Shown here: one piece after another, positions 53,487-64,000 of the stretch
Layout of the letters: each line of letters opens with the position of its first letter
Numbering within the stretch: the stretch's first letter is position 1
Source of the DNA: an uncultured Chloroflexia bacterium
GTDB taxonomy: Bacteria > Chloroflexota > Anaerolineae > Anaerolineales > UBA4823
Reading direction: 5' to 3'
DNA: 64,000 bases
Assembly: GCA_963849335.1 (NCBI GenBank)
Contig: CAWKGZ010000011.1
Span: forward strand, 81,066-145,065
Made by a program: the position numbers and the translations under genes
Notes under the pieces: model-generated
What the model was told of the DNA's origin: nothing
Databases searched by the model: none
What the model saw: the letters and a program-made list of their open reading frames with translations, nothing else

Positions 53487-55232
53487 ATGCAGACTCAAGC
53501 CACAACGAATATCATATTTAGAGTAGCTGTCTCAGGCAGCAATGCTTATGTGGTGAATAATGATGCGTACGATCAAGATGAGCCCGGCCTGTGGGTGATG
53601 GACATCTCGAACCCAGCCAGTCCAGTTGTAACTGGCTTTTATAATACTCCCGAGTATGTTATTGATGTGGCTGTCTCTGGGAACTATGCCTATGTAGTGG
53701 ATGGGTGGGGTTTGCGGGTGGTGGACTTCTCAATCCCGAGCAGTCCAGTGGAAATCGGCGTCTATGATAGTCCTGGGGATGTCAGCGATTTGGCTATCTC
53801 TGGATCCTATGCCTATTTGGCGAGTGACTTCGCAGGCCTGCGGGTGGTGGATATCTCAAATCCAGCCAATCCGGTGGAAATCGGTTTTTATGATACACCT
53901 TGGCCTCGTAGTGTGGCTGTCTCTGGGGATTATGCCTATGTGAGAGATCTGTCTAGCGGCCTGCGGGTAGTGGATATCTCCACACCAGCCAATCCGTTGG
54001 AGGTGGGCTATCTTGATACACCTGACGTGGAAAACCTCGATTATCCCCCTGACATCGCTTATAACGTGGTTGTCTATGGATCCTATGCTTATGTGGCGGA
54101 CGGATTAGCCGGTCTGCGGGTGGTGGATATCTCCGACCCACGCAGCCCATTCGAAGTTGACATTTATCATATGAGGGGGCTTGCTTATGACGTGGTTATC
54201 TCAGGATCCCATGCCTATGTGGCGTCTGGGGAAGCCGGTCTGCGGGTGGTGAACATCTCGGATCCAACCAATCCGGTCGACCTTAGCTTCCTTGTTCCAC
54301 CAACATTTATTACTCATGTGATTGTCTCGGGCAGCTATGCCTATGTGATAGATAGGCATGCTGGCTTTTGGGTGGTGGATATCTCGGATCCGGCCAATCC
54401 GGTCAAAGTTGGCTTTTATGATGTCCAGAGTTCCAATGATATCCATAGGATCAATGATAGCTATCCTATGTTTTCCCAAGGGATATCTGATATGGTGGTC
54501 TCGGGCGGCTATGCCTATGTGGGAAATATATGCGCTGGGCTGAGTGTGGTGGACATCTCGGATCCAGCCAACCCGGTGGAGGTTGGCTACTGGGATTACT
54601 ATTTGTCTTTTCCAAGCGTGGCTGTCTCGGGGGGCTATGCTTATGTGGCGGATGCCATGCAAGCTCGCCTGTATGTGTTGGATATCTCGGATTCAGCCGA
54701 CCCTGTCGCAGTTGGTTTCGCTGATATCTCATTGCCCACCCAACCCCACATTGTTGTCTTGGACAGCTATGTCTATCTGGAAGGTTTCCGCTGCGCCACT
54801 GGCAGATGGAGGACGGGCGATGGATCACTGCTGGTAGTGGATGTCTCGATATCAGCCAGTCCCACCCTTGTAGGCGCCTATGATATCCCAGGCGAGATTA
54901 TGGCTATCTCTGGGAACTATGCCTATACCGGAGGCTACGATACCAATCTCCATGTGTTGGATATCTCAGATCTTACCAAACTGGTGGAGGTTGGTTTCTA
55001 TAAGTCACCAGTCTATGCGATAGCAGTCGCAGGAAATTATGCCTATGTTGCAGGGGATTGGGGTCGCCTGGGGGTGCTGGACATCTCGAAACCAACCTAT
55101 CCCGTCGAAGTTGGCTTCTATGAAATCCCAGGGGAGAATGCTTGGGGCGTTGCTGCCTCGGATAGCTATATCTATGTGGCGAAAGGCGATGGAGGGTTGA
55201 TTATTCTTCGCTTTACCGGCGAGGATTCATAA
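53487..55232 (+). CDS. LVIVD-repeat beta-propeller protein
   Basis: About 12 repeats VxVSGxYAYV...GLRVVDISxPxNPVEVG. Confidence 0.88.
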   Translation: MQTQATTNIIFRVAVSGSNAYVVNNDAYDQDEPGLWVMDISNPASPVVTGFYNTPEYVIDVAVSGNYAYVVDGWGLRVVDFSIPSSPVEIGVYDSPGDVSDLAISGSYAYLASDFAGLRVVDISNPANPVEIGFYDTPWPRSVAVSGDYAYVRDLSSGLRVVDISTPANPLEVGYLDTPDVENLDYPPDIAYNVVVYGSYAYVADGLAGLRVVDISDPRSPFEVDIYHMRGLAYDVVISGSHAYVASGEAGLRVVNISDPTNPVDLSFLVPPTFITHVIVSGSYAYVIDRHAGFWVVDISDPANPVKVGFYDVQSSNDIHRINDSYPMFSQGISDMVVSGGYAYVGNICAGLSVVDISDPANPVEVGYWDYYLSFPSVAVSGGYAYVADAMQARLYVLDISDSADPVAVGFADISLPTQPHIVVLDSYVYLEGFRCATGRWRTGDGSLLVVDVSISASPTLVGAYDIPGEIMAISGNYAYTGGYDTNLHVLDISDLTKLVEVGFYKSPVYAIAVAGNYAYVAGDWGRLGVLDISKPTYPVEVGFYEIPGENAWGVAASDSYIYVAKGDGGLIILRFTGEDS

Positions 55233-55493
55233 TTTGTTACGCAGGGTGGGTTTTCCATACCTGCCTGCCTCCAATCCCGTGGTTGGGTTGAGGGCAGTTC
55301 ACCCTGCTGCTGCCCTCAAAGACCATGCCTGAAACCCAACATCTCACCCCGGCCACGCCTGCCCCTTCCCCCATTTTCGGTTTATGATAATGGGGGAAGG
55401 CGGGGGATGGGGGTCGGTTTTTTCGGGAAGGCAGCGATAGGGGTATAATTCTGCCGCGAAAGCCAATTTAACCCGTTCCCACAGGTTCCCCCT

Positions 55494-56506
<1,013 letters not shown>

Positions 56507-56510
<4 letters not shown>

Positions 56511-57328
56511 ACCTGACCCGCTACCTGCGCCGCATGATCGATTTCTACTGGACGTGCATGAAGCAGGCGATCATGCTCGAGTTTCAGTACCGCGTGGCCA
56601 ACTACTTCTATATGATCGGCATGGTCTTCGAGCCGGTCATCTACCTGGTGGTGTGGTCGACCATCGCCCGCGCCCAGGGCGGGACGGTGGGCGGCTACAC
56701 ACCCGGCGCATTCGCTGCCTATTACATCGTCTGGACGCTGGTACGCAACATGAACATCGTGCTCACCCCCTACGCCTGGGAGGGGCGCATCCGCCGCGGG
56801 CAGCTCTCCATGGAGCTGGTACGCCCGCTGCACCCGCTGCACTGGGATGTCGCCTTCTTCGCCGGCTGGAAGATCGTGGCGATCATCCTGTGGCTGCCGC
56901 TGGCAGCGGGGCTGTCGCTGGTGTTCAAGCCCGAGCTGCACCCGACCTGGTACCAGGCGGCCGGCTTCTTCGTTGCCATCTGGGGCGCCTACCTGATCCG
57001 CACCATGCTGCTCACCCTGCTGGGACTGATCACCTTCTGGACGACGCGGGTGGGCGCCATCTTCGAGCTGTTCTTCGCCGTCGAGCTGGTCATCTCCGGG
57101 CGGCTGGTGCCCATGTCGCTGATGCCCGAGTGGGTGCAGCGCGTGGCGGCCTTCTTCCCCTTCCAGTGGACGTTTGGCTTCCCCATCGAAGCGCTGACCG
57201 GCGGCTACACCCCCGCCGAGCTGTTGCGCGGCCTGGGCATGCAGGCGCTGTGGATCGCCTTGGGCTTCGTCGGGGTGAAGGTACTGTGGCGCTTCGCCGT
57301 GAAGCAGTTCTCCGCGGTGGGTGGGTAG
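56507..57328 (+). CDS. ABC-2 family permease
   Basis: Six TM helices; IRRGQLSMELVRP; ATGA overlap with the ATPase gene. Confidence 0.9.
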
Positions 57329-57363
57329 AGCATTACACAGATGAACACAGATAGTGCGGTGGA

Positions 57364-57416
57364 AAAGAATTTAACACAGATAAACACAGATAAGAGCGGA
57401 TGAACACAGATAAACC
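57364..57416. repeat. Left 53-bp inverted repeat of GxxExxY cassette
   Basis: Reverse complement of 58916-58968 with 3 mismatches. Confidence 0.9.
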
Positions 57417-57446
57417 AAAAAGGAAAATACAGATGGGAGGGGAACG

Positions 57447-57809
57447 ATGGAGATAAATCAGCTTACGGAGATCGTGATTGGAAAGGCGTTTGTGGTTAGC
57501 AATTCGCTGGGAGTTGGTTATTTGGAGAAGGTGTACGAGAACGCTCTTGCTTTTGAGTTGCGGGATGCAGGGTTGCGAGTTGAGCAGCAAAAATCCATCC
57601 CAGTGGTTTATCGCGGGGTAATCGTGGGTGACTATATTGCAGACATTCTGGTTGATGCTCAATTGATCTTGGAGATCAAAGCCACTAAGGCCATCGATAT
57701 AGCTCATGAAGCTCAATTATTGAATTATTTGAAAACCACAGGGATTCATACCGGTTTACTCCTGAACTTCGGCACATCTCATCTTGGCATCAAACGCAAA
57801 GTTTTATAA
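57447..57809 (+). CDS. GxxExxY protein (PD-(D/E)xK nuclease-like fold)
   Basis: LGVGYLEKVYENAL, YIADILV, LEIKA, QLLNYLK, GLLLNFG. Confidence 0.93.
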   Translation: MEINQLTEIVIGKAFVVSNSLGVGYLEKVYENALAFELRDAGLRVEQQKSIPVVYRGVIVGDYIADILVDAQLILEIKATKAIDIAHEAQLLNYLKTTGIHTGLLLNFGTSHLGIKRKVL

Positions 57810-57810
57810 A

Positions 57811-58904
57811 TAGGACTTACGCAAGACAGAACAGTTGACGATTGAGGCAAAAGCCGTTATTGTTACGGCATGAAACCGAAAAAAGAACGAATAACACGCT
57901 TGGATTATTGTCAGTATCTGCTGGTGAGCCAAATCAACTACACGCTCACGAATTATGCTGAGCATACCGAGAAGTTCAGTCATGACATGGCCAACCGATA
58001 CTTGGCCGGAGATGAAATCCGACCACGGCTGGTGTGGGAGAATGTGCAAAGCCAGGTGGTTCAAACGCCCTACGGATTTCTCGTTTTTGATGACACAGTC
58101 ATGGACAAGAATTATTCGCACAACATCGAGTTGGTCAGAAGGCAGTATAGTGGGAATGAGCATGGCGTCATCAAAGGGATTGGTGTGGTGACTTGTGTGT
58201 ATGTCAATCCAGAGTTAGACCAGTTTTGGATCATTGATTACCGCATTTACGACCCGGATGGAGATGGCAAAACGAAATTGGATCATGTGCAGGATATGTT
58301 GCTCAATGTTGTCTATCAAAAAGGGCTGGCCTTTTGGGCGGTTTTGATGGATACCTGGTATGCGACCAAAGACCTCATGCTCCAGATTGAGAAGTTTAAC
58401 AAAATCTACTACTGTCCACTCAAGGACAACCGCCAGGTGGATGATTCAGGTGGCTCACAGCCCTATCGGCGAGTGGACAGCCTGGAATGGACGGAAGCCG
58501 AACTGCAACAGGGTAAAGTGATCAAAATCAAAGGCTTTCCGGCGGAACACAAGGTGAAAGTTTTCCGAGTAGTGCTGTCTACCCAGCGCACGGACTATGT
58601 CGTGACCAACGAGATAGCGCAAGACCACCTGGAGGTCGTACGAGACGTGTGCGGCTTTCGCTGGAAGGTCGAGCAATTTCATCGCGAAACCAAGCAGTTG
58701 ACCGGCGTCGAAGGGTGCCAGTGTCGCAAAGCTAGAATAGTGAGAAATCATATCGGTTGCGCCATTTTGGTTTGGGTTCGTCTCAAACAATTCGCTCACG
58801 AAACCCAACAAACGATTTATCAGGTGAAACATGGCTTGTTGGATGATTATCTACGCCAGCAACTTAAATCTCCTGCCATTCTTATGCGTCTTGCGTAAGT
58901 CCTA
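57811..58904 (+). mobile_element. IS701-family insertion sequence
   Basis: 17-bp perfect TIRs TAGGACTTACGCAAGAC; flanking ATAAA duplication at 57806-57810 and 58905-58909. Confidence 0.9.
57870..58898 (+). CDS. IS701-family DDE transposase
   Basis: FDDTVMDK, VLMDTWY, RWKVEQFHRETKQLTG. Confidence 0.9.
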   Translation: MKPKKERITRLDYCQYLLVSQINYTLTNYAEHTEKFSHDMANRYLAGDEIRPRLVWENVQSQVVQTPYGFLVFDDTVMDKNYSHNIELVRRQYSGNEHGVIKGIGVVTCVYVNPELDQFWIIDYRIYDPDGDGKTKLDHVQDMLLNVVYQKGLAFWAVLMDTWYATKDLMLQIEKFNKIYYCPLKDNRQVDDSGGSQPYRRVDSLEWTEAELQQGKVIKIKGFPAEHKVKVFRVVLSTQRTDYVVTNEIAQDHLEVVRDVCGFRWKVEQFHRETKQLTGVEGCQCRKARIVRNHIGCAILVWVRLKQFAHETQQTIYQVKHGLLDDYLRQQLKSPAILMRLA

Positions 58905-58915
58905 ATAAATAAAAA

Positions 58916-58968
58916 GGTTTATCTGTGTCCATCCGCCCTTATCTGTGTTCATCTGTGTTAAATTCTTT
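58916..58968. repeat. Right 53-bp inverted repeat of GxxExxY cassette
   Basis: GGTTTATCTGTGTCCATCCGCCCTTATCTGTGTTCATCTGTGTTAAATTCTTT. Confidence 0.9.
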
Positions 58969-58989
58969 GCTCTTTTCCAGGAGTAACCC

Positions 58990-59769
58990 ATGCTTTATTT
59001 AGCCCTCAACTACCTGCGCATCGGCATCCTCAACGAGCTGCAGTACCGCGTCAACTTCTTCGTCCAGATGGGGCAGTCGCTGGTCTCCCTCGCCACCGGG
59101 CTGATCGGGCTGTGGCTGGTGTTCAGCCACACCGCCGAGCTGAACGGCTGGACGCGCCCCGAGCTGCTCGCCGTGATGGGCATCCACATCCTGATGGGCG
59201 GGGTGATCCAGGCGGCGATCCAGCCCAACATGGGCCGGCTGATGGAGGAGATCCAGATGGGCACACTAGACTACGCCCTGACCAAGCCCGGCGATGCGCA
59301 GGCGCTGGTCAGCATCCGTGAGTTCCGCCTGTGGCAGCTCAGCGATGTGTTGGTGGGTTTTATTGTATTGTTCGTGGCAGTGTACCAATACCAGGGCGCG
59401 GTCGGCGTGTGGCAGTCATTGGCGTTCATCGCCGCGCTGGCAATGGGCGCAGTGCTGGTGTACTGCTTCTGGCTGATGCTCACCACCACCGCTTTCTGGA
59501 TCGTGCGCGTCGACGAGATGGTCAACCTGTTCCAGGGCATCTACGCCGCCGGGCGCTACCCGGTGGGCATCTACCCGCGCTGGCTGCAAACCGGGCTCAC
59601 CTTCCTGGTGCCGGTGGTGTTTGCCGTCACCGTCCCGGCCTCGGCCCTCACCTCCCGCCTCACCCCCCTCACCCTGCTGGGCACGCTGGGGCTGACCCTG
59701 CTGTTCGTGGTGCTGGCGCGGGTGGTGTGGAGGCTGGGGCTGAGGAATTATTCGGGCGCCTCGGCATAA
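58990..59769 (+). CDS. ABC-2 family permease (second subunit)
   Basis: QYRVNF, GTLDYALTKP, RYPVGIYP, GLRNYSGASA. Confidence 0.9.
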   Translation: MLYLALNYLRIGILNELQYRVNFFVQMGQSLVSLATGLIGLWLVFSHTAELNGWTRPELLAVMGIHILMGGVIQAAIQPNMGRLMEEIQMGTLDYALTKPGDAQALVSIREFRLWQLSDVLVGFIVLFVAVYQYQGAVGVWQSLAFIAALAMGAVLVYCFWLMLTTTAFWIVRVDEMVNLFQGIYAAGRYPVGIYPRWLQTGLTFLVPVVFAVTVPASALTSRLTPLTLLGTLGLTLLFVVLARVVWRLGLRNYSGASA

Positions 59770-59772
59770 AGC

Positions 59773-59809
59773 ACAGGTGCAACGCACTTTAGATGTGCGT
59801 TGCACCTGT
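59773..59809. repeat. Palindromic REP-like element, copy 3
   Basis: ACAGGTGCAACGCAC..GTGCGTTGCACCTGT. Confidence 0.85.
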
Positions 59810-59870
59810 CTAAGTATTATTGGTTCAGCTCTTCTTAGAATATTCTTAGCGACTGCTGCCTATCTCAAGC

Positions 59871-60263
59871 TTATTCGGATTTTTGCCCGATAATCATCTC
59901 AACCTCAGCAATAATCTGGCTTATGCTGGGCTGGTCAGCCGGCGCAAGCCGATCTTTTAGGCCAATGTGCTTGTGATGTGGATGAGTTACAATTTCTGGG
60001 TGGTGAGGGGCATTGTCGTAGCGGAAGATTAATTGATCACCGGATAGATATGTGTACGAATAATTTATCCTCACTGGATAACCTAATTCGGTGCTGACAA
60101 CCTCGTAAATGTTCAGAGTAGAGCCATCCCAAAACGTGACCCGGCAGCGGATCAATCCGTTGTAATCATCCGATGTTAGGAGTAGGGGGTCATGGATTTT
60201 ACTGATCTGAGGGTTGTTACTCAATCCCCGTTCTATCGCAGCAAAGTAATCGTCTATCTTCAC
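59871..60263 (-). CDS. DUF6516/TumE-family putative toxin
   Basis: YSYTY..IFRYDNAPHHPEIVTHPHHKH. Confidence 0.8.
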   Translation of the reverse strand: MKIDDYFAAIERGLSNNPQISKIHDPLLLTSDDYNGLIRCRVTFWDGSTLNIYEVVSTELGYPVRINYSYTYLSGDQLIFRYDNAPHHPEIVTHPHHKHIGLKDRLAPADQPSISQIIAEVEMIIGQKSE

Positions 60264-60481
60264 GCCGAAGCGACCTCATTTTGCATGAATTGGCGGATTG
60301 GTAGGGAGGTCAGGTACAGGTGATACAGGCCGCTCCACATCATCATATTTTCATCGTCTCCCAGCTCCCCATTTTGGAAACGACGATAAAACTCAATGGT
60401 GGAATAACCATACTTGCGCTCATATTCGCGCAGGCGTTCACTGAGCTCTTCAAAAGTGAGATGTTTTGACTTAAATTTCAT
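60260..60481 (-). CDS. TumA-like putative antitoxin
   Basis: LREYERKYGYSTIEFYRRFQNGELGDD; GTGA overlap with the toxin gene. Confidence 0.75.
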   Translation of the reverse strand: MKFKSKHLTFEELSERLREYERKYGYSTIEFYRRFQNGELGDDENMMMWSGLYHLYLTSLPIRQFMQNEVASA

Positions 60482-60562
60482 TTTGACACTCCGATCTGAT
60501 ACCTGTGGAACAATTCAGTAGGCCGGGCAGTGATTATATTGTACACCAGTTAATCGTTACCC

Positions 60563-61537
60563 TCACAACATCACACCGATCATCACCTCCGGCACCCACG
60601 CCTTCACCCCCGGTCTCACCCTCTCCACCCACGCCTTCACCTTCCATGGATCATAGCGCTCGGGCAGCGGGTGCCCAGGGCATGGTGGCCTGAAGAACGG
60701 CTTCAGCGACTTGCTCAGCGGGCGCAGGAAGTTGTCCCAATGGGTGGGGATGAGCAGGCTCGGCTGCACCGCATCCAACAGCTCGGGCAGGTCCGCCAGG
60801 CGGATATCCGCCCCGATCACCAGCACATCCGCCCGCGGGGCTGGGCCGGGCCGCCAATGGTGCCAGGACAGCAGGCTGGTTCCCCCCGCTTGGATGAGAA
60901 AACTGAAGTCCTCGTCCATCACGAAATCGCGCAGGCGCAGCGGGTAGTGCAACCGCTTCGGCAGCTTTCCCGGCCCAAAGACCGGCACCGGAGGGTGCTC
61001 CCCCGCCAGCACCTTGACCTGGAAGGCAGGCTGCCCCCCACCTCTCCCTATATCCCTCCCCTGCAGGGAAGGGACTTTAACCCCCCTCCCTGCAGGGAGG
61101 GGCTGGGGGTAGGTAGGTTCTCCGCTCCCTGGAGGGAAGGGCCGGGGGAGGTCGTCGCCCCCCTCTCCCTGCAAGGGAGAGGGGCCGGGGGTGAGGGTCA
61201 GCCCCTCCCCCGCCCGCACCCTCACTACCTGCGCCTGCGCCAGGCCACACACTTCCACAATCCGGCAGGTGTTCTCCGAGCCATACACCCGCGCCCCGCT
61301 GTACCCGGCGATCTCCGCCGCATCCAGCAGGTGATCGTAATGCGCGTGGCTGATCAGGATATGGTCGGCGTGGGGGATATGCCGCCGCAGTAACGCTCCA
61401 TCCGGGCGGGTGCGTCCGAACAGCAGCTTGTAAGCCGGCGGGCGCGTCAGGACCGGGTCGACCAGCAGAGTCGCACCAGGGGTTTTTAGCTCAAACCCGG
61501 CCACGCCTAACCAGCGGAACTCAAGGGATGTTCCCAT
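60563..61537 (-). CDS. MBL-fold metallo-hydrolase with in-frame REP insertion
   Basis: WLGVAG, LLVDP, SHAHYDH, IPTHWD. Confidence 0.88.
   Translation of the reverse strand: MGTSLEFRWLGVAGFELKTPGATLLVDPVLTRPPAYKLLFGRTRPDGALLRRHIPHADHILISHAHYDHLLDAAEIAGYSGARVYGSENTCRIVEVCGLAQAQVVRVRAGEGLTLTPGPSPLQGEGGDDLPRPFPPGSGEPTYPQPLPAGRGVKVPSLQGRDIGRGGGQPAFQVKVLAGEHPPVPVFGPGKLPKRLHYPLRLRDFVMDEDFSFLIQAGGTSLLSWHHWRPGPAPRADVLVIGADIRLADLPELLDAVQPSLLIPTHWDNFLRPLSKSLKPFFRPPCPGHPLPERYDPWKVKAWVERVRPGVKAWVPEVMIGVML
61036..61198. repeat. Cluster of REP-like hairpins inside the MBL gene
   Basis: About four CCCTCCC..GGGAGGG-type stems. Confidence 0.8.
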
Positions 61538-61540
61538 AAA

Positions 61541-63133
61541 TCAATACCCAAACGGGCAGAGCTCCTCTGGTGTATATTGGTTGCTCTGTAATCCATGATT
61601 AGGGCTGCCGAGATAAGTTAGAGTTTGAGGATGGGTTCTGGCATAAGCTACAGCCATATTGCAGGCTGAGCCAATATTTTGCGAAGACTGGTACTCATTC
61701 CAAAATAGGGTTGCCATGTACGCATAATCCGATCCTGGTTGACCTGCCGGGAAGTTTTCGACTAGCGCTTTATAAACCGCCTGCGCCTCGGGGAACAAGT
61801 CGAGAAAAACATTCAATACCATAATTCGGAAGTGAGCATATCCTGCCAGGTAATAATATTCGTTCAGATCCGGGGCGATTAAAGTCGGGGTGGCTCCATC
61901 TGACGAGAATTGGGCGTCATAGCGAGATAATTCATTCCATCCACGCTGTTCTGACCACCACTCAAGTTCGTCGCTTATGATTACCGCTTGATAGAGCTCT
62001 AATGCCCGATTGTAATCACCATCCAATACTGCATAATCAGCATCTTGGACCGCCTGGAAGCGGTAATCAGGAGGCTCAATTTCCGTACGATAAAGTCGGA
62101 AACCTGATCCATCCCACATATAGGTGTGTGTTTCTGCCCGAAAGGGACCTTCCGCGATGGATAATCTTGTAGCGGGTAATCCACCAGAAACCACAAATTC
62201 AAGCGTTCCATTACTATCAATATCCTCAACCCACCAGCTTGAAAAACGACCAGCATTATCCATCCACACCCAATGATTTCCGGCTCCGCCACTTCCATAC
62301 CGACTCTGAAATGTTGGTTCAGTGATTAAATTATCGAATTGCTGACCATTCCACCCTATGATTCTGTAGGGGGTTCTTGTAAAAGAGCCTGAAAATTCAT
62401 ATAAACCAAATATAAGTTCTGGTAAGCCATCCAAATTCATATCTCCGACGCTCAAAATCCGATAGAATGAACCAGTATACCTTGGGATCTGGAGATATGG
62501 TCGATACCCACCGTCATCACAACCGATGATCAAGAGATCGCCGAACACAAAGAACAATTCAGGGACACCATCCCCGGTAAGATCACTTACACCCAATTCC
62601 CCGGAAGAGTGCTGCCGGACAGAATCAACCACCGACGATAATGTACCACCGCTATTCAAGTACTCCAGAATGCGGGGAGCGATTTGGGGACAGCTTTCTA
62701 ATGGCTGGCAATCGTTCTCCCAGGCATCAAGATCTGGCACCAAATCAGGGTTAGCCGGGGGGCAGGTTTCTGGGGAAGCCGGTGTAAGGGTAAGCGCTGT
62801 GGTAGCATCAAATGTCGGAAATAACACTGGTTTTCCGATGATCGTGCCAGAGAAATCAGGAAAAAAGGGCGTTTGCGTTGCTGGGAATGTTACTGTCGAT
62901 ATCTGAGTAGGAAATGACGATCCAGGTGGTGTTTTGGATAGATTTAGATCAGGAGAAGCTGTGGCAGCTGCTTGCGTTGCTGTATTGATATCACTCCGGG
63001 TTGGTTGAGTATTAGGTGATTCGCTTGCGCCAGGATATGTGGGCACTGAATTACAGGCCGCGACAAATACCAGCAGATATGGTAAGAGCAGCCAATATAA
63101 TTGGCAGCTTCTAATCATGGATCGATTCGTCAT
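61541..63133 (-). CDS. Hypothetical lipoprotein with FG-GAP/VCBS-like motifs
   Basis: Lipobox VAAC; DLTGDGVPE, DMNLDGLPE, DIDSNGTLE. Confidence 0.75.
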   Translation of the reverse strand: MTNRSMIRSCQLYWLLLPYLLVFVAACNSVPTYPGASESPNTQPTRSDINTATQAAATASPDLNLSKTPPGSSFPTQISTVTFPATQTPFFPDFSGTIIGKPVLFPTFDATTALTLTPASPETCPPANPDLVPDLDAWENDCQPLESCPQIAPRILEYLNSGGTLSSVVDSVRQHSSGELGVSDLTGDGVPELFFVFGDLLIIGCDDGGYRPYLQIPRYTGSFYRILSVGDMNLDGLPELIFGLYEFSGSFTRTPYRIIGWNGQQFDNLITEPTFQSRYGSGGAGNHWVWMDNAGRFSSWWVEDIDSNGTLEFVVSGGLPATRLSIAEGPFRAETHTYMWDGSGFRLYRTEIEPPDYRFQAVQDADYAVLDGDYNRALELYQAVIISDELEWWSEQRGWNELSRYDAQFSSDGATPTLIAPDLNEYYYLAGYAHFRIMVLNVFLDLFPEAQAVYKALVENFPAGQPGSDYAYMATLFWNEYQSSQNIGSACNMAVAYARTHPQTLTYLGSPNHGLQSNQYTPEELCPFGY

Positions 63134-63197
63134 CTTCACACCCTCATACATTAACCTAGCACAAATTTCAAGCGGTGTCAAATAATATCGGTAGCAA

Positions 63198-64000
63198 GGG
63201 TGCATTTCAATTTTTAGGCGAGTTTCGGTAAATAGCTTTCCAGCGCTGGTCAAATCGTTTGCTCAAGATTGCTGTTCTCAGAGGAAGCAAGTGTTCCGCC
63301 CCTTTGCGGCTCCAACGCATACCAGAGCCAGCAAAGCGGGCCTTGTATTGCTTTCCGCCGCTCTCGACCATGCCGCTCCCAATGACCCAACCTTCTTCTC
63401 GCATGGCCATATAGTTCATGCGGTGCTTGTTTTTGTCAAAATAGCCAGCTTCCGACAACAGTTCTTCTTGGATAGCTGCTTTCTGGTCAGCCCAATGAAC
63501 CAACTCAGCTGCGATTGCTTCGGCTTGTCCCTGGAACAAAACGGTTTCTCTGTCCTTCAGCCAGCGTTTAGCGGCTGGGGTTCCTTCTCCATACAATAAA
63601 TGAGCGGCTTTCGCCAGGTGCTCAGTGCCATGATACCAATCAACCAATTGATGGCTGTCGTAGAAGTAATCTCCCACCAGGTTCCATATCCACGCAGCTC
63701 CATCGGCAACCACTTCGCTCTCGAAGGCTTGCCGAAAATGCCGCCTCTGCGCTTCAGCCCACAGCTTTTTCCCGAATGGCTCTGGCCCACCCAAGTGGCA
63801 GGTGTAGCTGTTATGCACCGCATGCCCTTGCTCAACCCACTCGCCTGTCTTAGCGTCCAAAACAGGCCGGGGTATGACATCGAAAACACAGCCCACTTTG
63901 AGTTCTTTCCACTCTTCCTCCCGGATATAGATCATCACTCCATCCATCGAAAGCCCCATCGGACGTTCATCTCGGATCTCACCAGGCAGAATTTCCTTCC
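63198..64000 (-). mobile_element. ISKra4/ISLre2-type (UPF0236) transposase, 5' part outside window; CDS ends 63207
   Basis: SMDG, VADGAAWIW, VDWYH, IGSGMVESG, GMRWS; terminal GGGTGCATTTCA. Confidence 0.85.

Noticed and set aside
57334-57416. CRISPR array from ACACAGAT repeats
   Set aside because: Units are 8-10 bp without unique spacers; no cas genes.

Overview
GC-rich bacterial window whose gene content and motifs fit a Chloroflexota (Anaerolineae-like) genome. Many genes are split by single-base indels, which look like uncorrected long-read errors. Contents: a 27-heme cytochrome c; several large secreted or surface proteins (zincin/LamG/NHL, Kelch/BNR, S8 protease, beta-helix, CSLREA, LVIVD); a pair of STAND-type ATPases, one with a transmembrane receptor layout; menA-cydAB; an orphan sdhC/sdhD pair linked to two YbjT-like SDRs; an ABC-2 transporter interrupted by an inverted-repeat-flanked GxxExxY gene with a nested IS701; a TumE/TumA-like TA pair; IS4 and ISKra4 transposases; many REP-like and short-repeat elements. 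The most striking block is an ~11 kb head-only phage-like operon (15.5-26.6 kb: terS, terL, portal, protease, Mu-gpT-like capsid, holin, decoration and adaptor genes). It has no recognisable integrase, replication or tail genes and starts from a sigma70-type promoter containing a LexA-like box, making it a candidate SOS-inducible GTA-like or capsid-only system. Its gene junctions carry the same repeat that forms the 53-bp inverted repeats around the GxxExxY gene. All assignments are from reading motifs by eye; no database searches were run.
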